From Planctomycetota bacterium (GTDB taxonomy: Bacteria > Planctomycetota > SZUA-567 > H5-PLA8): a DNA stretch of 13,574 nucleotides. The position numbers were made by a program, and so were the translations under genes. The notes beneath the pieces are model-generated. The model ran no database searches and was not told the origin of the DNA. It was given only the letters and a program-made list of their open reading frames with translations. The number at the start of each line of letters is the position of its first letter. The stretch's first letter is position 1. Positions 1 to 5,867 of the stretch are shown here, one piece after another. The DNA lies in assembly GCA_045863855.1 (NCBI GenBank), contig BTVV01000150.1, positions 1 through 13,574 of the forward strand. Direction: 5' to 3'.

Positions 1-383
1 GTGCGTTCGACGCCCAGTTTGTGGAGACTGTTCGTCCCGCATGCCGCCAAGTGTTCGGGCAATCGCTCGATCCAGGCCGGCTGCTCCAATCCCGCGGCCA
101 CACGGCAGAGCTGAATGCGCAAATCCGCGTAAATTTTCGCGATCCAAGTACGCGATTCCTCGTCTTCGCGTACCCGAATATCCAGCCTCTCCAGCACCGG
201 AACGCTTGGAATGCCCTGTGCCAGGAAGGCCAGGTGAACCGAAGCTCTAGTTTCGTACACCTCGGCCTGAAGCAGCTTGGCGAGCGCTTCTACATCCGCG
301 GTGGGTGGCTTTTCTTCCGCGGTTTGCGCGAGCGGGAATGCAAGAAGCAGGACCGAAGCCAGCAATGCGAGCAAGCGTCTCAT
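1..383 (-). CDS. Secreted hypothetical protein, N-terminal part only (runs off the left edge); possibly helical/HEAT-like
   Basis: Not in the ORF track; translated by hand. ATG at 383-381 with GGAGA RBS upstream. The frame is open to position 1: MRRLLALLASVLLLAFPLAQTAEEKPPTADVEALAKLLQAEVYETRASVHLAFLAQGIPSVPVLERL... This has a classic Sec signal peptide (basic N-region, hydrophobic core, Ala cleavage site before AEE). Confidence 0.8.
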   Translation of the reverse strand, partial: MRRLLALLASVLLLAFPLAQTAEEKPPTADVEALAKLLQAEVYETRASVHLAFLAQGIPSVPVLERLDIRVREDEESRTWIAKIYADLRIQLCRVAAGLEQPAWIERLPEHLAACGTNSLHKLGVER

Positions 384-508
384 AGGTGGGTTCTCCGATT
401 TGAGTACCTTGCGCGTAAGCAGAGGAAGGTCCAGGCGCTCAAAATTTGCGGGGATAGTTGTCGGCGAGAATTTCGGCGCTGCAGACTCTTCCGGATTCAG
501 TACTTATT

Positions 509-526
509 TTGGAACGAGTCTTGCAT
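509..526 (+). promoter_or_regulatory. Sigma-54 (RpoN) -24/-12 promoter candidate for the 566..1855 gene
   Basis: TTGGAACGAGTCTTGCAT has GG(511-512)-N10-GC(523-524) and one mismatch to TGGCACG-N4-TTGCW. Predicted +1 is about 536, upstream of the RBS (555-559) and ATG (566). Confidence 0.7.
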
Positions 527-565
527 AATGGATCAAGTAAGGAAGCCTGCTTCCAGGGGAACACG

Positions 566-1855
566 ATGAGCACTGACCAAATCGACGCCACTTCCGCACC
601 AGCGGCTGTACAGGAACCTGACATCAATCCCACTAAGATGGCTCGTTGGAAGAAAGTACTGCTGGCCATTCCCGCCGGTCTGGTTCTTTTGGCGTTGCTG
701 GCGCTGATTTTGTATCCGTACGTCATGCCCCATCACAAAGTTCCCGAAGTAGCCCCGCGGGTCGTGGCGCCTACGGGCGATCCGTCCCTGGATGGAATCC
801 GCAAGGGATTCGAGTACCTGCGCGTCTACCAGGAGATTGACGGTCACTTTTCGCGTGGCTGGGCCGATCCCAAGCCTGGATTTACGGCGCTGGTGGTTGA
901 CGCGTTGGCGCGCATGCCCGTGGATCTGTTGCCCGAAGATAAGGAGATGCTGGAGAAGGCGGCCGAGGCCATCGTGAGCAGGCAGCAGCCCAACGGCAGC
1001 ATTTGTACTCCTGGTCTAGGCGTCGAAGTATATACGACGGCCGTGAGCGTAATGGCCCTGAAGGCGTTAAAGGATCCCAAGTACGATGGCGTGCTGGCAA
1101 AGGCCAAAGACTACCTGCTGCAAGTACAGCGTGGGGTTATGCCGGGCGATCCCAGTTCGGGCGGCGTCGGCTACAATGCCGGATCGCGCCCCGATGGCAG
1201 TGTCACCGCGATGTGGGTGGAATCCTTAAAGGAAGTCGGTGTCGACGAAAACGACGAGGCCTTCAAGAACGCGCAGCTTTTCTTCACTCGTCTGCAAAAC
1301 AACACCGAAACGAACGATTTGCCCGCCGCGGAAACAGCTTTGGATAACGACGGCGGATTCATATACCGTCCGGGCGAATCCAAGCCACCGGACGGGACTA
1401 ATCGCGAAGGGAAGCGCGTGCCCAAGAGCTACGGCCTGATGAGCTACGCGGGACTCAAAAGCTTCCTCTATATGAACGTCTCGAAGGACGACCCCAAAGT
1501 GCAAGGCGCGTGGCGCTGGGTGCGCGATAACTACACGCTCGACGAAAACCGCAACATCGGCGCCGACGGGCTCTACTATTACTACATGACCATGGCGAAA
1601 GCTCTGGCGGCCTACGGCGAACCGGTGATCGAGACCAGCGACGGCAAGAAACACGTCTGGGCGAAGGAGTTGACCGAAAAGATACTTTCACTTCAGAAGA
1701 AGGACGGTTCGTGGGTCAACCTGGACAGCGCGCGTTGGATGGAGAACGACAGCGTCCTGGTAACGGCCTACGCATTACGCGCCCTGGCGATCAGCCGTGA
1801 GTTTATGAAGAACCATCCCGAGCCAGAAGCCCTTTCGGCGCCCGTCTCGAAATAG
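566..1855 (+). CDS. Membrane-anchored prenyltransferase/squalene oxidase repeat protein (terpene cyclase-like alpha/alpha barrel), 429 aa
   Basis: QW-type repeats: SRQQPNGSI, QVQRG..SGGVGY, RLQNN..DGGFIY, LSLQKKDGSW. Also SYGLMSYAGLKS and GLYYYY motifs typical of the planctomycete family. N-terminal KMARWKK followed by a hydrophobic helix (VLLAIPAGLVLLALLALILYPYV). Start moved to ATG 566 because of the AGGGG RBS at 555-559. Confidence 0.85.
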   Translation: MSTDQIDATSAPAAVQEPDINPTKMARWKKVLLAIPAGLVLLALLALILYPYVMPHHKVPEVAPRVVAPTGDPSLDGIRKGFEYLRVYQEIDGHFSRGWADPKPGFTALVVDALARMPVDLLPEDKEMLEKAAEAIVSRQQPNGSICTPGLGVEVYTTAVSVMALKALKDPKYDGVLAKAKDYLLQVQRGVMPGDPSSGGVGYNAGSRPDGSVTAMWVESLKEVGVDENDEAFKNAQLFFTRLQNNTETNDLPAAETALDNDGGFIYRPGESKPPDGTNREGKRVPKSYGLMSYAGLKSFLYMNVSKDDPKVQGAWRWVRDNYTLDENRNIGADGLYYYYMTMAKALAAYGEPVIETSDGKKHVWAKELTEKILSLQKKDGSWVNLDSARWMENDSVLVTAYALRALAISREFMKNHPEPEALSAPVSK

Positions 1856-2072
1856 CACGCACGTCGTGGCTTGTAGCGAAAGCCGGCAAGCGCATCTTGG
1901 ATACTTGTGCGAGTTTCCTACACGCTCGAACAACGCTCGAGGGGCGCTTGCTTCAAAAATGCAGGTTGCGCGGATTCGATTAGCTTTCAAATTCACCTGT
2001 CGACCTACTCCACCTAGGCAAATTATCCCGTATCGATCAATAGTCGAATAAACAAAGGTGAATTCAAGTTGT

Positions 2073-2089
2073 CTGGTACGCCTCTTGCC
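2073..2089 (+). promoter_or_regulatory. Sigma-54 (RpoN) -24/-12 promoter candidate for the 2123..3253 gene
   Basis: CTGGTACGCCTCTTGCC has GG(2075-2076)-N10-GC(2087-2088) and matches TGGYACG-N4-TTGC. Predicted +1 is about 2100, just upstream of AAGGAG (2107-2112) and ATG 2123. Confidence 0.7.
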
Positions 2090-2122
2090 GCTCCGCATTT
2101 GCGCTTAAGGAGTTCCGCAACG

Positions 2123-3253
2123 ATGCGATGGTACGGCATTACCTTTTTGGCTGCGTTTGTATATTGGTATGGATCGTACGCCGCCCCTTGTTTCGCGCAG
2201 GAACCAGCACCTCGAGCCAAGAAACCGGTACGTAGTTTCAGAATGGGTTTCACGCCTTGGCCGTCGGATCTTACCCATGAAGCGGTCGAGGCATCCTACA
2301 CCTTCGCCGATACGCACGCCGATGTGATAATGCACCACTTCGATAATGGCGTACCTTGGGACGCAGCACTTTCCGGCGCGCCTTTTTCTCAATGGTTGCA
2401 GGATGAATGGGCGAACCGTCTTGCGAAGACATCTTCTGGCCAGGCTATATTCCTTTCGATAACGCCTCTTAACTTTCAGCGTACGGGGTTGGCGCTTTAC
2501 ACCGGCGAGACCGATGGGCTGGCGCTGCCCGAACCGTGGAGCGGCTACCGACTCAATCATCCGGATGTGAAACAAGCGTTCACGCAGTATGCGCGCCGCG
2601 CCATCCTCTACTTTCAACCACATTACGTAGCACTAGGGATCGAAACCAATATTCTAATTTCGAACGATCCCGCACAATGGGAGGACTACGTCGATTTACA
2701 TGCTCATGTGTACCTTGAATTAAAGCGTGAGTTTCCAACGCTATCGATGTTTCCTACGATTCAGTACGAGCACTTTCGAGGTATCGAGGAGGCGTCGAAA
2801 GCCAATGTGCACCTGCAAGCACCGCGTGTGGCCAATCTAATGCCGTATGCCGATGTGGTGACGCTGAGCACTTATCAATTCGGGCGAGGGCATAACCGGG
2901 TCCATGCGAAATACTTCGCTCCAGCCCTCGCTTATGGAAAGCCGGTTGCCATTTCCGAGTCGGGTTCCATCTCTCACCCGGTCACCATCTGGGGTCACTC
3001 CATCTCGGCGAAGCCGGGCGATCAAAAGCGATTTGTTTCATTCCTGCTTGCTCAAGCTCGCAAGCATCGTTTTCCATTCGTCATTAACTGGGTACCTATC
3101 GATTTCGATCCCTTGCTTGAACATTTAACCGGCGATGCGCATGAAATTGGCAAAGCCTGGGTACATACCGGCCTGGCCTATCCGGACGGTACGCCCAAGC
3201 CGGCCCTACGAACATGGGATCGTTATTTCAATCGTTTTGAATGGGCACCTTAG
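2123..3253 (+). CDS. Secreted glycoside hydrolase-like TIM-barrel protein (clan GH-A, GH53-like), 376 aa
   Basis: AAGGAG RBS before ATG 2123 and an N-terminal hydrophobic signal ending in CFA-QE. Candidate acid/base Glu in ALGIETN (cf. GNE) and nucleophile Glu in PVAISESG. C-terminal TGLAYPDGTPKPA resembles the GL...G.PKPA end of GH-A barrels. Confidence 0.7.
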   Translation: MRWYGITFLAAFVYWYGSYAAPCFAQEPAPRAKKPVRSFRMGFTPWPSDLTHEAVEASYTFADTHADVIMHHFDNGVPWDAALSGAPFSQWLQDEWANRLAKTSSGQAIFLSITPLNFQRTGLALYTGETDGLALPEPWSGYRLNHPDVKQAFTQYARRAILYFQPHYVALGIETNILISNDPAQWEDYVDLHAHVYLELKREFPTLSMFPTIQYEHFRGIEEASKANVHLQAPRVANLMPYADVVTLSTYQFGRGHNRVHAKYFAPALAYGKPVAISESGSISHPVTIWGHSISAKPGDQKRFVSFLLAQARKHRFPFVINWVPIDFDPLLEHLTGDAHEIGKAWVHTGLAYPDGTPKPALRTWDRYFNRFEWAP

Positions 3254-3406
3254 CGGGGGGCATTCTACGCACCTTGGTTGCACCATGCGGTTTTGCATTT
3301 AAGTAGGATTTTTAAACCCTAATTCATTTCAATCGGACTGTTTGCACCAAGCGCTTTACCTACTTCTCCATATCGAACCACAGCTGGGTCGGGTATTCTA
3401 TTATCA

Positions 3407-3425
3407 ATTATCGGGGTCCGATAAT
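3407..3425. promoter_or_regulatory. Perfect inverted repeat (operator-like or 5' hairpin) just upstream of the RBS
   Basis: ATTATCGG-GGT-CCGATAAT (8-3-8), preceded by a further ATTATC at 3400-3405 and ending 6 nt before AAGGAG (3432-3437). Confidence 0.5.
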
Positions 3426-3443
3426 AACCAAAAGGAGAGCAAA

Positions 3444-3836
3444 ATGGGCGGTGCAGCGAAAACGTGTTTGGCCGTTCTGGTGTTGGCGTTGTGTGTCGTG
3501 AGCGCTCAGGCGGAAGAGACGTCCGTTTCGGGAACGGTCGCGGTCGTTGAAGAGAACAACGAAGTCAAGTCGATCACTGTAACCGACGAGGCAGGCAAGG
3601 CATTCAGCATTGTGCTCGACGCGAAAGGCAAGAAGCTCGCCGCTCACAAAGAAAAGAAGGTTACCGTCGTCGGCACCCCCGAAGAAAAAGAGGGCGTGAC
3701 CTGGATTACCGTCAAGACGGCGCGTCCAGCTCAGGCGGCCGGCGAAGGCAAGAAAACCGGTGAAGGCAAAAAGACTGGGAAGAAGACCAAGAAGACCGAA
3801 GGCGAAGCGGGTGGCGGTGGCGATGAAGGCATGTAA
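3444..3836 (+). CDS. Small secreted beta-rich (OB-fold-like) protein with a Lys/Gly-rich low-complexity tail, 130 aa
   Basis: AAGGAG RBS before ATG 3444. Signal peptide ends in AQA-EE. Alternating beta-strand pattern (SVSGTV, SITVTD, FSIVLD, KKVTVVGT, WITVKT). Tail is GEGKKTGEGKKTGKKTKKTEGEAGGGGDEGM. Followed by a terminator. The fold assignment is inference. Confidence 0.8.
   Translation: MGGAAKTCLAVLVLALCVVSAQAEETSVSGTVAVVEENNEVKSITVTDEAGKAFSIVLDAKGKKLAAHKEKKVTVVGTPEEKEGVTWITVKTARPAQAAGEGKKTGEGKKTGKKTKKTEGEAGGGGDEGM
3741..3797 (+). repeat. Coding tandem repeat GEGKKT-GEGKKT-GKKT-KKT
   Basis: GGCGAAGGCAAGAAAACC / GGTGAAGGCAAAAAGACT / GGGAAGAAGACC / AAGAAGACC. The two full units differ only at synonymous positions. 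Confidence 0.75.
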
Positions 3837-3874
3837 GTCAAAATAGTCCGCTTAAAGTGACTCCCAGAATTTGG

Positions 3875-3911
3875 AGCCGGAAGCGGGAGACCGCTTTCGG
3901 CTTTCTTATTT
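3875..3911 (+). terminator. Rho-independent terminator between convergent genes
   Basis: AGCCGGAAGCGG-GAGA-CCGCTTTCGGCT forms a 12-bp stem (one G-U pair) with a GNRA loop, followed by TTCTTATTT. The tail overlaps the stop codon of the opposing gene. Confidence 0.85.
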
Positions 3912-4697
3912 AAGCCGCTCGCGAGCCTCCGCAACGCTGACCAATTCCAGACCCGCAGCCGCGATCCATCCTTCCACATCGGCATCGCAAAGCATTTCGA
4001 GATCCGTCTGGCGATTCGAGTCGAATCCTTCGTTCAAAGCCAACGCTTGCAGCTCAGGGGTAAGTTCGGCGGCGTGCGTAATGACATAATTCAGGCCTTC
4101 GACGGCGTCGTTCAGCTGGGCCTGGAAGTGGGATTTCTTCGCCTCAAGGGTGACGCCTTTTCCGAAGCTCAAGAACTTCGCCACGGGAAGCTGCATGCCT
4201 TCAGGCACCGGCTCAGGCGCATTCAGCTTCAGGAACGGGATGCGGTAGCGTTGCCAAAGTTCCTTTGCCTGCGGCCAATAGGCATGATCCCAGCGCGGTA
4301 AGGCGCCCATGTGAGCGTCGAGGTGAGTCGGATTGATGCCCGCCGCGAGTACGCGATCGATCTGAGCGCAAACTTCCGCAAACACCGCCGCTCCGGCATC
4401 TTTCGGCAACTCGTTGGCGTTCGAGGGGAAGGCCGTCGGTACTCCGGACCGGCAAAGCTCGCGCGCGCCGGTCAGCGGACCAAAATGGTAGTCGGGGTAC
4501 TCGCATGTCAACGTAATGTGAACTCCGCACGGAAAGCCACTGCTCTTCGCCATCTTCGCCGCTTCCGAAAACCACGCGCACGGAGCCATCAGATTCGTCT
4601 GAGTCAGGAAGCCTTCTCGAAACGCGCGAGCCACACCACGGTTCGCCGCATTGGTGGACGCGAAATCGTCGGCTTGCAGGACCAACAGGCGTGCCAT
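3906..4697 (-). CDS. ChbG/HpnK (YdjC) family carbohydrate deacetylase, 263 aa
   Basis: Motifs LQADDF, GVHITLTCE, GINPTHLDAHM and a late His (VITHA). AGGAGT RBS lies 6 nt before the ATG. Confidence 0.9.
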   Translation of the reverse strand: MARLLVLQADDFASTNAANRGVARAFREGFLTQTNLMAPCAWFSEAAKMAKSSGFPCGVHITLTCEYPDYHFGPLTGARELCRSGVPTAFPSNANELPKDAGAAVFAEVCAQIDRVLAAGINPTHLDAHMGALPRWDHAYWPQAKELWQRYRIPFLKLNAPEPVPEGMQLPVAKFLSFGKGVTLEAKKSHFQAQLNDAVEGLNYVITHAAELTPELQALALNEGFDSNRQTDLEMLCDADVEGWIAAAGLELVSVAEARERLK

Positions 4698-4786
4698 GGT
4701 CGCACTCCTATAACAATCGGTTTATTGAAAAGACGGCGCTCGTCTCCTTGAGTATAACCCAACGGAGCTGGGAATGAGGACGGATC

Positions 4787-5863
4787 GTGCGCGTACATTG
4801 CCCTGCTTGCGAACGGCTCACCCGGCCCCTTCTGGGGCGTTGTCTGTATTGCGGCGAGCACTTGGCGGGAACGGCTCTATTGGAGAACCTGCCTCTTCAA
4901 GCCGTGGCGCTTGGTGAGTTGGGCGGATCGCGCTTTTACTGCCAGAGCTGCGGTACGTTTCGACGCGAGGGTGGTACGCATTGCCAGCGTTGCCACACGC
5001 GCTTGCTGGAATTCGTTCCCAATACCGAGCGGGCGATTGACGTACAAGTTACACGCGTGGAGGTAGTTCCCGAGCCCATCCCCGAACCGCCACGTGAGCA
5101 CAAACGCAAGAAGCAGAAAGCCGAGAAAGTCACGCCGGTGGAAGTGGCGGCGCCGAGTACTCGTCTCGAAAGCGAAGGCTTTTGCTGGTTTCGCGCCGCG
5201 TTCGGATTGCCGGAACTAGGCGAGATTGCCGCCGACCTGGATGTCTGGCGGCGGCGTACCGCTTCCCGCGACAGCGGCCGTCCGCGCGCAGGCTGGCGAT
5301 TGGCACCCAGTGCCCTGACTTGGCTTCATCGGCGCTTGCGCGTCGCCCCATGGCCCGATTTTCTGAATGCGGCGGTCGGCGGAGCACCGCGGCTCGTACA
5401 GGCGATACTTTTCGAAAAGTCAGAAGATGCGGCTTGGCAGGTGGACTGGCATCGCGATGAGTTTATTCCCGTGCGCGTGCACCGGGAAAGCAACGTGTTT
5501 ACGGCGCCATCCACCAAACACGGAATTCCGCATGTACGCGCCAACGTCGAAACGTTGGCGCGGCTTGTGACGCTGCGCATTCATTTCGATCCGAATACCG
5601 AAAAGAACGGTTCGCTGGTTCTATTTCCCTACAGCCAGCGCGTGGCCGATCTCGACGCGCCCTACAACGCCAGACATCGCGGTTCGAAAACTTGCCTTGC
5701 CGATCCCGGGGACACGCTGGCCTTTCGCCCGCTCTTGCTGCATCGTTCGTCGAAGCCTACCGGCACGGGCCGCCGAAGAGTGCTGCAACTTCTTTTTGCT
5801 GGTCCGCAACCATTGCCTGACGGCTTCGAGTGGCCGGCCGATGCCGTGAACGTTACGCCTTAA
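4787..5863 (+). CDS. Double zinc-ribbon domain fused to a phytanoyl-CoA dioxygenase (PhyH)-like Fe(II)/2-oxoglutarate oxygenase, 358 aa
   Basis: GTG start with GAGGA RBS. Two CxxC-x10-CxxC units (CPAC..CLYC and CQSC..CQRC), then a Pro/Lys linker. The rest carries LESEGF, WHRD (HxD), LRIHFD, NGSL, PGDTLAFRPLLLHRS (distal His) and RRVLQL (2OG-binding Arg). Confidence 0.8.
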   Translation: MRVHCPACERLTRPLLGRCLYCGEHLAGTALLENLPLQAVALGELGGSRFYCQSCGTFRREGGTHCQRCHTRLLEFVPNTERAIDVQVTRVEVVPEPIPEPPREHKRKKQKAEKVTPVEVAAPSTRLESEGFCWFRAAFGLPELGEIAADLDVWRRRTASRDSGRPRAGWRLAPSALTWLHRRLRVAPWPDFLNAAVGGAPRLVQAILFEKSEDAAWQVDWHRDEFIPVRVHRESNVFTAPSTKHGIPHVRANVETLARLVTLRIHFDPNTEKNGSLVLFPYSQRVADLDAPYNARHRGSKTCLADPGDTLAFRPLLLHRSSKPTGTGRRRVLQLLFAGPQPLPDGFEWPADAVNVTP

Positions 5864-5867
5864 GCTC

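Noticed and set aside
458..565. Longer N-terminus for the QW-repeat protein (track start 458), and likewise start 2069 for the hydrolase and 3342 for the small protein
   Set aside because: Downstream ATGs at 566, 2123 and 3444 have clear RBSs and put the signal or anchor sequences near the N-terminus. The extensions overlap the promoter motifs.
21..569. 182-aa + strand ORF and nested ORFs
   Set aside because: They are antisense shadows of the minus-strand gene starting at 383, which has an RBS and signal peptide. They also run across the promoter region and show no protein-like motifs.
1856..2122. Known riboswitch or tRNA in the long intergenic region
   Set aside because: I recognise no aptamer consensus or cloverleaf. 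The predicted sigma-54 start near 2100 would also leave most of the region outside the leader.
3278..3297. NtrC binding site (TGCACCA half-sites)
   Set aside because: The spacing is TGCA-N11-TGCA rather than N9, and no GG-N10-GC promoter was found before the 3444 gene.
3738..3800. GEGKK repeats as a RiPP precursor (EGKCG-type) or a Walker A motif
   Set aside because: There is no Cys in the repeats and no modifying enzyme of that class nearby. The spacing does not fit GxxxxGK[ST] and the context is low-complexity.
566..4697. Hopanoid biosynthesis cluster (shc plus hpnK)
   Set aside because: The QW-repeat protein is too short, lacks DxDD and has an export-type anchor. YdjC/HpnK deacetylases are widespread, and no other hpn genes are present.
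4725..4758. Sigma-70 promoter TTGAAA...TATAAC in the divergent intergenic region
   Set aside because: The spacer is 22 nt, too long for a canonical -35/-10 pair. The -10-like hexamer alone is not enough to call.
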